Virus record (IMG/VR): IMGVR_UViG_3300025133_000028
Reading direction: 5' to 3' (one strand)
Origin: a virus
DNA length: 64,000 bases
Positions 46,613 to 55,851 of the stretch are shown piece by piece. The notes beneath the pieces were generated by a model, which searched no databases, had not been told where the DNA came from, and saw only the letters and a list, made by a program, of their open reading frames with translations. The translations under genes and the position numbers were made by a program. Positions within the stretch are counted from its first letter, which is position 1; the number at the start of each line of letters is the position of its first letter.

Positions 46613-46621
46613 GTGTATAAT
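46613..46621 (+). promoter_or_regulatory. putative late promoter
   Basis: GTGTATAAT with no -35; repeated at 58919. Confidence 0.55.
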
Positions 46622-46688
46622 ATATTAGGACTAGGATTATATGTGGAATTAAAGGAACACATAGTAAATTTAATTTGGAGTTTTAAAT

Positions 46689-47249
46689 ATGTCAACTACA
46701 AAAGCAATTTCCGGCAACACTCAAAAAAATGATGGCGGAACAATTCTTAAAGCCGGTAATATTACACGTACCGACTTCAACGCTATCTCAGTACAAAACG
46801 TTTCTGAGCAGACTACAGAATACGGTTCTAAAGTATTTATTCCTACGGGTGTAGATTCTTCTGGTAATCTTGGTGTTCGTGCTGCAAACGGAACCAAGCA
46901 GGTTGGAAAACAAGATTCTGACAACTGGCTAATGATGTACGGTGTGGCTCACAACATCGCGGGTGTTAGTAGCAACATTTTGCGTTCTGCTTCTAGCCAA
47001 TATCCTGGTATCCAACAACGTCCAGTACCACGTACTCACCACATTCGTTTAGACGAATCTTCTTGGGATTATGTGACTGGTGCTGTTACTAAAGGTGGTA
47101 GCGAAGGTACTTCGGTCAATTTCCACAAACCAGAAGGTTCTGGTGTTCTCGATAAAGGCGCTTTCCCAACCAATGCTATTCCTGGCCAATTAGTGTATAT
47201 GGTTAAAGGTATCATCCCAACACAAGACCAATATAAGGCGATAACATAA
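46689..47249 (+). CDS. probable virion or structural protein
   Basis: Gly/Ser/Thr-rich, biased codons, lies between late motif and terminator. Confidence 0.6.
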   Translation: MSTTKAISGNTQKNDGGTILKAGNITRTDFNAISVQNVSEQTTEYGSKVFIPTGVDSSGNLGVRAANGTKQVGKQDSDNWLMMYGVAHNIAGVSSNILRSASSQYPGIQQRPVPRTHHIRLDESSWDYVTGAVTKGGSEGTSVNFHKPEGSGVLDKGAFPTNAIPGQLVYMVKGIIPTQDQYKAIT

Positions 47250-47274
47250 TATAATCCTGTTATATAATTAAATT

Positions 47275-47313
47275 AAAGCCCACCTATAGTCTTTAAGCTT
47301 GGGTGGGCTTTTT
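47275..47313 (+). terminator. rho-independent terminator
   Basis: AAAGCCCACC...GGTGGGCTTTTT. Confidence 0.75.
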
Positions 47314-47327
47314 ATTGGAGAATCATA

Positions 47328-47750
47328 ATGGCAGAATATGGTATTATAGCAGGTATAGTTGTTATAACAATGGCTCTGGTCAAAATTATTGAAAGTTTTG
47401 TTTCTAAGACATTTGACGATGCTAAAGATAAAAGAATGATAGACTGTATTAACGCAATCAACAAAAACGTCAATATGTCAGAACAAAGACTAGACAATAA
47501 AATATCAACAATACAAACAGAAATACAACACGTTGCCAGTGTTTCCAAGGAGTTGTTTGATATGCACAACAGATATGACACTGACGGAACACCAATTTGG
47601 TATGTTCCTCGCTCGTGGGCGGAAAACCAAAAAGAGATATTAGAGTGTTTGAACGAAGTCTCTCATTGTATTGACCAAGTGTCTAGAACACAAGAACGTA
47701 TGATAGTTGTATTAGATAAGTTATTTAACAATCTTCAAAATACACGATAA
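47328..47750 (+). CDS. holin-like single-TM coiled-coil protein
   Basis: N-terminal TM then coiled coil; D.DG.P.WYVP motif. Confidence 0.55.
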   Translation: MAEYGIIAGIVVITMALVKIIESFVSKTFDDAKDKRMIDCINAINKNVNMSEQRLDNKISTIQTEIQHVASVSKELFDMHNRYDTDGTPIWYVPRSWAENQKEILECLNEVSHCIDQVSRTQERMIVVLDKLFNNLQNTR

Positions 47751-47761
47751 AGGCAAACAAG

Positions 47762-48388
47762 ATGATAATTAAATATCAAGATTGCAAAGATTTAATAGAA
47801 GAAGCAGATGTCTTATTGTTTAGACATGGTAATTTTCCTTCTATTGGATGGTGGATTGGTAAGTATAGTCAAAGTCCATATTCTCATGTTGGATTAGCTC
47901 ATTGGGAGAATGGAGTATTAAATTGTGTAGAATTTAGAGAATTTATTGGCAGTAGAAACAAAAGCTTACTTAAACAAGTAGCTATAAACCCTGATAGAAT
48001 TGACGTATATAAGCCATCTAGACTGTTTTCAGAACCAATTATTGAAAAAGAAAACGACAAATTCGGAATTGTTTGGAAAGACAAAGTTTTGACAAAGGAA
48101 ATTCGGAATAACATTACACAAGAAGCCATTGGACTTGTTGGTAAGCCATATGGTTGGAGTGTAATTTGGCGTAACATTAAAAGCTTTATACCGTTTTTAC
48201 GTTTGTCTCAAGACCAAACCAAGGGTAATGATATAGTTAATAATTTTGTATGTTCTACCTTAATTACATATGCTTATAGACTACATTATGTAGACCCAAT
48301 TCCTTTTTTAGCTGACACTTATACGCAACCAGGAGATTTACCCAGGTCTAATTTGTTTCATTATGCCTTTACAATAGGCGGATTTTAA
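47762..48388 (+). CDS. permuted papain-like amidase, YaeF/YiiX (C92)
   Basis: DVLLFR, YSHVG, GKPY, FVCSTL...AY, PGDL. Confidence 0.8.
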   Translation: MIIKYQDCKDLIEEADVLLFRHGNFPSIGWWIGKYSQSPYSHVGLAHWENGVLNCVEFREFIGSRNKSLLKQVAINPDRIDVYKPSRLFSEPIIEKENDKFGIVWKDKVLTKEIRNNITQEAIGLVGKPYGWSVIWRNIKSFIPFLRLSQDQTKGNDIVNNFVCSTLITYAYRLHYVDPIPFLADTYTQPGDLPRSNLFHYAFTIGGF

Positions 48389-49098
48389 TGATAAAAGAAC
48401 AAACTATGTTTGGCGCAGCTGTGTTGATGTTGGGGATTTCTAATTTGTTTACGGGGTTTTTGACAGCCGAACAAATTTTAAAATCTTCGTGTAGAATTCA
48501 AGTAGACAACAGTTCTTTTGGTTCTGGTACAGTTTTTAAAGAAACAACAGATAAATACTACATCATTACAGCGGGACATGTGGTTACTAATATAATCCCA
48601 ATATTACATCAAACAATATTACAAGAGGGAAAAGACATAGAAGTTGTGTTTTTTGACGGAGTAGGTAAATCTACTACGGTCAAAGCAAAAATTGTTTCTA
48701 ATTTTTTTCTATCTGAGACCAATTTTATGGTTCCCTCTGCCAAAGATTTGTGTATAATCTCGATAGAAAAGAAAAATTTAAGACATTTTACACCAACGGT
48801 TATTCCTCTGGCTAATGAAATGTTAATATTTGAAGGAAAAAATATAAAAGGTGTTGGTTGGGCACACGGAGCTTGGCCTACATACTGGCAAGGAAGGATT
48901 ATAAAGCATAATAGGCATGTAACCTATATTAATATGAAAACACTTGGTGGTCAATCAGGCAGTGCGATATTAATGGATACGCCAAACGGAACCAGAATAG
49001 TAAGTATTATCAACTGGTCTTTTGGGCGTTTCGATGGGTATGGTGGCGGGATTTCATTAAAGACAATAAAATCGCTAATTAGGAATGAAATAACATGA
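48388..49098 (+). CDS. secreted trypsin-like serine protease
   Basis: signal/TM; TAGH, DL, GGQSGS. Confidence 0.85.
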   Translation: MIKEQTMFGAAVLMLGISNLFTGFLTAEQILKSSCRIQVDNSSFGSGTVFKETTDKYYIITAGHVVTNIIPILHQTILQEGKDIEVVFFDGVGKSTTVKAKIVSNFFLSETNFMVPSAKDLCIISIEKKNLRHFTPTVIPLANEMLIFEGKNIKGVGWAHGAWPTYWQGRIIKHNRHVTYINMKTLGGQSGSAILMDTPNGTRIVSIINWSFGRFDGYGGGISLKTIKSLIRNEIT

Positions 49099-49805
49099 AA
49101 AGAATTGTATTAGCCCTATTGATATGTTTGTGTACATCTATTACACAAGCTCAAATCAAGGGGCCAGACAAAGTAGACGCTCACACGCCTATAGTTCTGG
49201 AGGCTGGAAGGAAAGCAGAACACAAAGATGAACAAATAACATATATTTGGAAAATCTTTAACAAGAGCAGAGATGGAGCTACGGCCAAAAAAATCACACT
49301 ACAAGACGGTCAAGTAGTGCATGTTTGGGCTGAACCTGGAAAATATGATATTAATCTAATAATGATTATTGTTGATTTTGAAAACCGTAAAATGAATTAC
49401 GAAGAACATTATCAAGGGTTAGAGATAATTGGAGTATTACCAGTTCCAGTACCTACGCCGACACCAACTCCTACACCAACACCGACACCACAACCTACAG
49501 CATTCAAAGAATTGGTAAGTCAAGCATTGAGTAAAGTAAATCCAGATAGTACAAGTTACGCCAAGCAAATTGGTCAAAACTATCTTGTAACAGCAGAAGA
49601 CGCAGAACCAGATTGGTTACCGCGAGATTTACTAGGCTCAGTTAACACATTACATAGCTCAAGTCTTCCTACTAGTGCAATAGTTGGGTGGACGGATTTT
49701 TTCAAAGAGCTAAACAAAGCATTTGCAACTCTTAAATTAGAATCTGACGACCTAGAAGGACATATTAAGGCTTTCAAAGATGTTAGTGAGGTTCTTAAAA
49801 ATTAG
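49095..49805 (+). CDS. secreted Ig/PKD-like protein with (PT)n linker
   Basis: signal peptide, IKGP...YIW...WAEPGKY, PVPVPTPTPTPTPTPTPQP. Confidence 0.75.
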   Translation: MKRIVLALLICLCTSITQAQIKGPDKVDAHTPIVLEAGRKAEHKDEQITYIWKIFNKSRDGATAKKITLQDGQVVHVWAEPGKYDINLIMIIVDFENRKMNYEEHYQGLEIIGVLPVPVPTPTPTPTPTPTPQPTAFKELVSQALSKVNPDSTSYAKQIGQNYLVTAEDAEPDWLPRDLLGSVNTLHSSSLPTSAIVGWTDFFKELNKAFATLKLESDDLEGHIKAFKDVSEVLKN

Positions 49806-49814
49806 GAAAATATT

Positions 49815-50147
49815 ATGAGTATGTTAGAAAAAGTAGCTGGTGAACTTAGTGATGAACTTGCTGAAGATGGTATGTATGGTTTTGATTGGGAACTTATTCT
49901 TGAATTTGTTATGGAAATTTTGGTTGATTGCTTTAATAATGAAGACGAACTTATGGAATCTGCCAGAAATCCAACAAGACTACAAAAGGCTGCTCTGTCG
50001 CTTAAAATTCGCAGAGAAGGATTGGCAAGAGGCTGGAAAGCTTCCAGAAAATTCCGTAATAAAATGTTAGCAAAATCAGCAGAAATGAGTGAAGAACAAT
50101 TGTGTGGATGTTATCAAGAAGCTTATCACACTATGTACGGAGATTAA
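49815..50147 (+). CDS. hypothetical protein, paralogue of 58993-59325
   Basis: both 110 aa; shared Y..D...L..C...N.TR...RE...WK..RK...EE...Y.E pattern. Confidence 0.75.
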   Translation: MSMLEKVAGELSDELAEDGMYGFDWELILEFVMEILVDCFNNEDELMESARNPTRLQKAALSLKIRREGLARGWKASRKFRNKMLAKSAEMSEEQLCGCYQEAYHTMYGD

Positions 50148-50148
50148 T

Positions 50149-51150
50149 ATGCCTAGCGTAAACTCAAGTATAATGAGAGTGGAAGATTATGATTCTATTC
50201 CCTCTCCACAAGATTTGGTCAACGCATATTCCAACGGTTTTAAAGGCGTTAGAATAGACAGAGCATCTTACTACTCTATGGACAGGGTCATTAATCGCGT
50301 TGTTCATGATTTTAAAGACGTTTACAAAGACGCCAGAGGTAAAGCACATCTTCCATATAAAGTGGTGACAATAAAAGAACCACAATTCGGAAGATATGAA
50401 AGCCAAACCACTGGCGACTGTGTTAGTCATGCTACCAGAAACAGCGGTATGCTTGACTATTGTATAGATACCGTATTCGGACTAACTGAATACAGCGGTA
50501 GATTTGCTACAGAGAACATCTATGGTCATCGTGGTCATGGAGGCCAAGGAGCAAACTGCTCAAGACTAGCATCATATGTGGGTCCAAATGGTCCCGGTGG
50601 TTTTCTAGTAAGGAAAAAATATGGTAGTGGTAGAAATTCTGTAGACCTTAGCGTATACAACAGTCGCACAGGGCATAATTGGGGAAGAAGCGGAACTCCT
50701 AAGTGGCTGAGTGAAATAGCAGATGATAACAAAGCCTTGAAAGTCTATTCTATCAAAAGTATGGACGATGTTATTACATCTTTATCTTTAGGTTACGGAA
50801 TTTCTTTCTGTTCAAGTTACGGATTTTCATCTAAACGTAATGAAGATGGCGTATCAGAACAAAGAGGTTCATGGGCTCACGCGATGGCGTGGATTGGCGT
50901 AGACGATACAGATTGGGCACACCAAAATTATGGTGGGCCATTAGTTTTAATACAAAATTCGTGGGGTCCGAATTGGAATGGTGGTCCCAAGCGGCACGAA
51001 CAACCTGACGGTAGTTTTTGGATTCGTGCTAGTGTTGCTAATAAAATGATTCGCAACGGTGCCGGATACGCTATAGCGTCCGTCCGTGGTTTTAATCCCG
51101 TACTTGTCCTAGATACAATGGGGCGTTTACAACAAGAGAGTAAATCGTAA
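50149..51150 (+). CDS. papain-like (C1) cysteine protease
   Basis: QTTGDCVSH, WAHAMAWIG, QNSWG, DGSFWI. Confidence 0.85.
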   Translation: MPSVNSSIMRVEDYDSIPSPQDLVNAYSNGFKGVRIDRASYYSMDRVINRVVHDFKDVYKDARGKAHLPYKVVTIKEPQFGRYESQTTGDCVSHATRNSGMLDYCIDTVFGLTEYSGRFATENIYGHRGHGGQGANCSRLASYVGPNGPGGFLVRKKYGSGRNSVDLSVYNSRTGHNWGRSGTPKWLSEIADDNKALKVYSIKSMDDVITSLSLGYGISFCSSYGFSSKRNEDGVSEQRGSWAHAMAWIGVDDTDWAHQNYGGPLVLIQNSWGPNWNGGPKRHEQPDGSFWIRASVANKMIRNGAGYAIASVRGFNPVLVLDTMGRLQQESKS

Positions 51151-51389
51151 TGTTAAATAATTTTTTCCTTCAAGTATTTTTATATACACTGTTGCTCAGC
51201 ACAACAGCTATGGCTGCGCCTATGGACTATAACCAAATTCCACAGACTGAGGCTATTTATAGCTGGTTGCCTAGTAAATATATGAGTTATGATAATGTAC
51301 CTCAACTTAATGAAGAAAAATTTAACTTTAACACCGTAAGAAATAGAACTGCCCGTAGATTTCGGTTATTTCGGCTTTTTAGACGATAA
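51150..51389 (+). CDS. small secreted peptide with Arg/Phe-rich C-terminus
   Basis: signal peptide; ends RRFRLFRLFRR. Confidence 0.65.
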   Translation: MLNNFFLQVFLYTLLLSTTAMAAPMDYNQIPQTEAIYSWLPSKYMSYDNVPQLNEEKFNFNTVRNRTARRFRLFRLFRR

Positions 51390-51398
51390 CCTCCTTGC

Positions 51399-51433
51399 AA
51401 ATGGGCAGTCTTAATCGGCTGCCTATTTTTTTT
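51399..51433 (+). terminator. rho-independent terminator
   Basis: AAATGGGCAGTC-TTAATC-GGCTGCCTATTT plus T-tract. Confidence 0.75.
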
Positions 51434-51443
51434 GATTTTTTGC

Positions 51444-51471
51444 TTGACAGCGGTGAAAAATTCCGTATTAT
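51444..51471 (+). promoter_or_regulatory. sigma70-type promoter
   Basis: TTGACA-N16-TATTAT. Confidence 0.7.
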
Positions 51472-51587
51472 CTAGATAAAGAGTTTAGAGATTGACAAGA
51501 ACAAAGCCGTAAGGCTTTCATTAAGCCTTGAGACTGGAATAAAGACAGAAAGACCCCGACTAGACGACTGGAATAGAGGAAAAATTA

Positions 51588-52403
51588 ATGCCAACAATGG
51601 AAATCACGACAGTGAGCAGTTGTAAAAACGCATGTGCTTACTGTCCGCAGGCTTTGCTGAAGAAGTCGTACAACGCAGATAAATATATGAGTTTGGAAAC
51701 TTTTCAAAAATGTGTTGACAAAATTCCAAAAGACGTTACGATTGATTTTGCTGGATACGTTGAACCGTTTTTGAATCCGCAATGTATGAACATGATTGAA
51801 TATGCTGTTGAGGCTGGATACGAAGTAAGAATTTTTACAACTTTGGTCGGAATAACCTTGACAGACGTAGAAAGGTTGAGTAAACTAAAAATAGCTGAAA
51901 TCGTCTTACATTTACCTGACAACGATAACGTGATGAAAGCTGGTATTGATGATAAATATGTTAAAGTTGCTAAAGAATTTGACCGAACAGTAAAGTATAA
52001 GAGTGCTCACGTATTTGGAACTTTACATCATAAATTAAGACCGATATTTCCGTTTTGTATAGACAAACCCAGTACCCACCTACATAGTAGGGCAAATAAC
52101 TTATCAGAGAAAGTAGAGTGTAAACGACATGATTACGTTCGCGGTATTATTATGTGTGGCGTTATTCAGAGGCATTCTGTTACGAAGTATGGAATTAGGT
52201 TTAATCATAATGTCTTACTACCCGATGGAAGTGTTGGTCTATGTTGCATGGATTACGGTCAACAACACCAGATTGGGAATCTGGTTTTAGAGGATTACGA
52301 AGACTTATTTAAAAGCAAAGCATACGAAAGAGTTATGCGTGGTCTCCATGACGAACAGGAAAGTATTCTTTGTAGAACATGTAAGGAAACGGTGAAAGTG
52401 TAA
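51588..52403 (+). CDS. radical SAM protein with SPASM/twitch domain
   Basis: CKNACAYC, EPFLNP, LPDGSVGLCCMDY, CRTC. Confidence 0.88.
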   Translation: MPTMEITTVSSCKNACAYCPQALLKKSYNADKYMSLETFQKCVDKIPKDVTIDFAGYVEPFLNPQCMNMIEYAVEAGYEVRIFTTLVGITLTDVERLSKLKIAEIVLHLPDNDNVMKAGIDDKYVKVAKEFDRTVKYKSAHVFGTLHHKLRPIFPFCIDKPSTHLHSRANNLSEKVECKRHDYVRGIIMCGVIQRHSVTKYGIRFNHNVLLPDGSVGLCCMDYGQQHQIGNLVLEDYEDLFKSKAYERVMRGLHDEQESILCRTCKETVKV

Positions 52404-52496
52404 TGCAGATTAAGACAATTAACAGTTGGTGAATGTATAACTAAAATGGCTAAACACTTAAAAGAACGTAATCTTTGATTACGGAAAGGAAAAAGA

Positions 52497-52820
52497 ATGA
52501 GTATTGCAAAATCGTTTGTTCTAAAAAGAAGCATGGGTTCTTTTGTCTCTAAAAGCGGATTAGAAATTTGTTCAGGTGGATTGAATGCCGTATTTACTAT
52601 TCCAGAAGAAGTAGAAGAGATTAGTTTTGAATTCTTTGAAAGAAATGGTAAGTATCGTGTCCCTGTGTCTATAAAATACGACTATGGAGATTTAGAAATT
52701 CAAAACGAAAACACTGGACAACTTACAAATTTGTTTGATTGTAAAGCCGAAAAGCCTCTTTTGAGAATCTTAAAACAATATGTTGGAAAAGAAATCTTTG
52801 TTGAATGTTTGTATGATTAA
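52497..52820 (+). CDS. hypothetical protein
   Basis: SD AAGGA. Confidence 0.65.
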   Translation: MSIAKSFVLKRSMGSFVSKSGLEICSGGLNAVFTIPEEVEEISFEFFERNGKYRVPVSIKYDYGDLEIQNENTGQLTNLFDCKAEKPLLRILKQYVGKEIFVECLYD

Positions 52821-52901
52821 TCAAAAATCCTATGACTTGATTTGACATAGGAAAATCAAGGACCGGCTAATTATGACATACGACACACAACATGGAGTAA
52901 A

Positions 52902-53282
52902 ATGATGACAACCCTCAGATGTACAGTCGAAGAATTAACCGCGTTTGATAGCATCGACTGCGATTGTGAAATTGCAGTCACATACAGCGTGGAAGCTGGC
53001 GACGACGGCGACTATTGGACTCCACCAACGGGTCCAACCATCGACCTGGAAGATTGGAAATTCACGGCGGTGATGACATACAACGCCGCTGGCGAACGTG
53101 TGACGCCTGAGTCGTTCGGTTTCACGGTCGAAGAAATTAAGGAAAATCTGACCGAGCAAGTCGAAGCGTATATCGACGCTATCGACGACGAGGACGTGTT
53201 TGAGCAAGCTGGGCAAGATGAGGAAGGTGCGCGAGAGGCGTACTATGAGGATAAGCTTGAGCGACAACGCTTAGGCGAATAA
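52902..53282 (+). CDS. acidic hypothetical protein of foreign composition
   Basis: SD GGAG; sampled lines 53-60% GC versus about one third in the flanks; GDYWTPP motif. Confidence 0.75.
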   Translation: MMTTLRCTVEELTAFDSIDCDCEIAVTYSVEAGDDGDYWTPPTGPTIDLEDWKFTAVMTYNAAGERVTPESFGFTVEEIKENLTEQVEAYIDAIDDEDVFEQAGQDEEGAREAYYEDKLERQRLGE

Positions 53283-53289
53283 TAATCGA

Positions 53290-53321
53290 CGTAACCCCAT
53301 ACGCCGTAAGGAGTTACGGCG
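53290..53321. other. inverted-repeat site (recombinase-core-like or hairpin)
   Basis: CGTAACCCCAT-N7-AAGGAGTTACG; alternative hairpin CGCCGTAA-GGAG-TTACGGCG. Confidence 0.45.
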
Positions 53322-53328
53322 AAATGGA

Positions 53329-53401
53329 GGGCGCATAATCCAACAGTAGAGATAACACTCTTAAACAGTGTCCAGTCTCGGTGCAAATCCGAGTGCGCCT
53401 A
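53329..53401 (+). tRNA. tRNA-Leu(UAA), short variable loop
   Basis: GGGCGCA/TGCGCCT-A; ACACT-CTTAAAC-AGTGT; CTCGG-TGCAAAT-CCGAG. Confidence 0.8.
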
Positions 53402-53464
53402 CTTGTATAATACAATGTTCTGTCCGAGGCACGAACGAATAACAAAAACAGCGGTTCAACTTCG

Positions 53465-53641
53465 TTATCTATTTTTATTATCAATTACCATTTGACATAA
53501 TTCAATAAATTTATCAACAGTTAAACTGTTTTTTGCTATATTAGCCTCTTTAATACAAATACCTAAATTATCAAGAGTGTTTTTACCTCCTTTTGATACT
53601 GGAATTATATGGTCAAAGTTGATGTTATAGGTTATGACGAA
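53465..53641 (-). pseudogene. truncated HNH endonuclease
   Basis: minus-strand frame NFDHIIPVSKGGKNTLDNLGICIKEANIAK; in-frame stop upstream and no start codon. Confidence 0.75.
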
Positions 53642-53700
53642 TTAACCCTTGAACAAAAGGCTAGTATTCCACTGAGATACCGAAAGAAAGATTGGTAGTG

Positions 53701-54015
53701 ATGAAAATAGAAAACGTATCAATTATCCCAGATTTAGGAATACAGGTAGTAATTTCTTTGCGTGTTTACATGGGTGCTCAGAATTATAAAAAAGAACAGC
53801 CAGACGTTGACTCACCAAGATGGCGAAATATGGCTAAACGTATTTTAAGCGAAGTATGCGAAAACACAGAGTTGGATACAAAAGATTTTACATTCTCTGA
53901 AATAAATGTTGGTATGGAAGATGTACGTTTTTACGAAACACGGCAAGAATTTCAATTCTCATTTAAAAAGCAGTCTGCGGCACGCAGTGGGGAAAACAAA
54001 TGTCAGGAAAAATAG
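53701..54015 (+). CDS. hypothetical protein
   Basis: 104-aa ORF. Confidence 0.65.
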   Translation: MKIENVSIIPDLGIQVVISLRVYMGAQNYKKEQPDVDSPRWRNMAKRILSEVCENTELDTKDFTFSEINVGMEDVRFYETRQEFQFSFKKQSAARSGENKCQEK

Positions 54016-54296
54016 TAACGGTAAAACTAACTAGTGGTGAAGAATTTTTTGGTAAATTACTTAATAGCGATGACGAAGGACTATTGATTGAAAAACCAGT
54101 TACAATGACACCTACTCAACAGGGTATGTCGTTGGTTCCTCCTGCTTTAACAGCAGAACACGCCGACGTGTTGTTTAAACATGTTCATATTTTGCTTTCT
54201 GGTGATACCAGAGAAGAATTGGCTGGTGCTTGGGAAGAAAACTTTGGTAATGGATTAACTGTTGCTAAGAAGCCTGGACTGATTGTGCCAGGGTAA
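54000..54296 (+). CDS. Sm/LSm-like domain protein
   Basis: IVTVKLTSGEEFFGKL...IEKP pattern of phage Sm-like proteins. Confidence 0.7.
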   Translation: MSGKIVTVKLTSGEEFFGKLLNSDDEGLLIEKPVTMTPTQQGMSLVPPALTAEHADVLFKHVHILLSGDTREELAGAWEENFGNGLTVAKKPGLIVPG

Positions 54297-54311
54297 CAGA
54301 ATTATAATGTC

Positions 54312-54409
54312 GAGGGTGGGAGGTCAGTTGGACTGTGCATAATGTTCAGTCCTTAATCTCGACAAGGTTTATATCCTTGTAGAAGTCGGAGCATCCCCGG
54401 CACTCCTCT
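54312..54409 (+). tRNA. atypical tRNA-Ile(UAU)-like RNA with hairpin inserted in the D loop
   Basis: CAAGG-TTTATAT-CCTTG; GTCGG-AGCATCC-CCGGC; D stem GAGGT/ATCTC enclosing GGACTG..CAGTCC; imperfect acceptor stem. Confidence 0.55.
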
Positions 54410-54417
54410 ACTTTTAT

Positions 54418-54489
54418 GGACTTATGGTGTAACCAGAAGCACAAAATCCTTTTAAGATTTGAGTCACGGGGCGGTTCCGTGTGGGTCCA
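54418..54489 (+). tRNA. tRNA-Lys(UUU) with non-canonical T loop
   Basis: GGACTTA/TGGGTCC-A; AAATC-CTTTTAA-GATTT; CACGG-GGCGGTT-CCGTG. Confidence 0.75.
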
Positions 54490-54610
54490 CTTTAACTTAG
54501 TTGTAAAAATCCATTGTCAAATTCTCAATGGTGATTTCGACATAAAGCAACGTTAAAAACCTTATCAAAGAAACCATAGTTGAATTTAATGTGTTAGGAA
54601 AAAAATTATA

Positions 54611-55825
54611 ATGAAAGTTGAAGATGGGCTTAAACTAGATTTTTCCGATGTTCTAATCAAACCCCGTAGAACATTGGCATATAGTAGAAATTCAGTCAAT
54701 CTTAACAGAGATTTTTCCTTCATGTATTCACCTAAAAAATGGGAAGGTATCCCAATTTTTGCAGCAAACATGGATACAACTGGCACCTTTGCTATGGCTA
54801 AAGCGTTACAACAATATAAACTTGTAACATGTCTACATAAACAATATAGCTATGAACTAGTTTGTGAGTTTTTTCTAAATAATCAGCTAGATTATGACTA
54901 TACTTGGGTAAGCACAGGAATTACCGACAAAGACCTAGAAAGACTAAAAAAAATACTACAACATTGTCCAAATGTTAATATTTGTGTTGATGTTGCTAAT
55001 GGTTACAATCAAGACTTTGTAGAAAAAATAGCTTATATTCGTTCGCTTTCTCCAGAAAGCATTATTATGGCAGGGAATGTTTGTACTGCTGAAATGGCAC
55101 AAGAATTAGTTATTGGTGGTAAAGCAGATATTGTTAAAGTTGGTATTGGTCCTGGTTCTGTATGTACCACCAGACTCGTTTCTGGTATTGGATATCCACA
55201 GTTGTCAGCAATTATGAATTGTGCAAACACCGTTCATGGTTTAAACAGTGGGCCTAAACGTATGGCTCTTATTTGTGCTGATGGAGGATGCGTTTATTCA
55301 GGCGATATAGCGAAGGCTTTTGGAGGAGATGCTGATTTTTGTATGTTGGGTGGGATGTTTTCTGGTTGCGAAGAAAACGAAGGAGAATGGGAATATCATA
55401 TTGATAGAGAAGACAAATATGAGCGGTATAATCTATATGAGCATTCTGATAATTTTATAACAGCATTAGTAAAAAGTGGAGGTATAGTAAAATTTCCAAA
55501 TAAACAACATATGGATAGCCCGCATGTTTTGGTTCCAAAATATTCTAAACAAAAGAAAAGCTTAAAATTCCATGGTATGTCATCTTCTAAAGCACAAGGT
55601 GCTAATTTAGCTAAACATCGTTCGTCGGAAGGAAAAGAGGTACATATTCCTTACAAGGGTATGGTTAGCGAAGTGTTAGATGGAGACAATGGTATTCTTG
55701 GCGGTTTACGTTCTGCTTGTAGTTATGTTGGCGTCAAAGAACTTAAAAACTTTGCAGATGCTGTTACATTTATTAGAGTAAATAATCAACATAATACGGT
55801 GTATGGAACAGGATTGGAAAAATAA
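54611..55825 (+). CDS. guaC: GMP reductase
   Basis: LDFSDVLI.P, AANMDTTGTF, DVANGY, KVGIGPGSVCTTR, SEGK, GGLRSAC.YVG; insertion of about 45 aa. Confidence 0.93.
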   Translation: MKVEDGLKLDFSDVLIKPRRTLAYSRNSVNLNRDFSFMYSPKKWEGIPIFAANMDTTGTFAMAKALQQYKLVTCLHKQYSYELVCEFFLNNQLDYDYTWVSTGITDKDLERLKKILQHCPNVNICVDVANGYNQDFVEKIAYIRSLSPESIIMAGNVCTAEMAQELVIGGKADIVKVGIGPGSVCTTRLVSGIGYPQLSAIMNCANTVHGLNSGPKRMALICADGGCVYSGDIAKAFGGDADFCMLGGMFSGCEENEGEWEYHIDREDKYERYNLYEHSDNFITALVKSGGIVKFPNKQHMDSPHVLVPKYSKQKKSLKFHGMSSSKAQGANLAKHRSSEGKEVHIPYKGMVSEVLDGDNGILGGLRSACSYVGVKELKNFADAVTFIRVNNQHNTVYGTGLEK

Positions 55826-55851
55826 CACTACGTGATTATAAGGAAAAAATA

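Noticed and set aside
49438-49498. Short tandem repeat as a DNA element
   Set aside because: It encodes the Pro-Thr linker with synonymous variation
51480-51580. Cobalamin riboswitch-like text before the radical SAM gene
   Set aside because: Only a loose AGACAGAAAGACC match; the core GGGAA/GCCCCCGCAACTGT elements are absent
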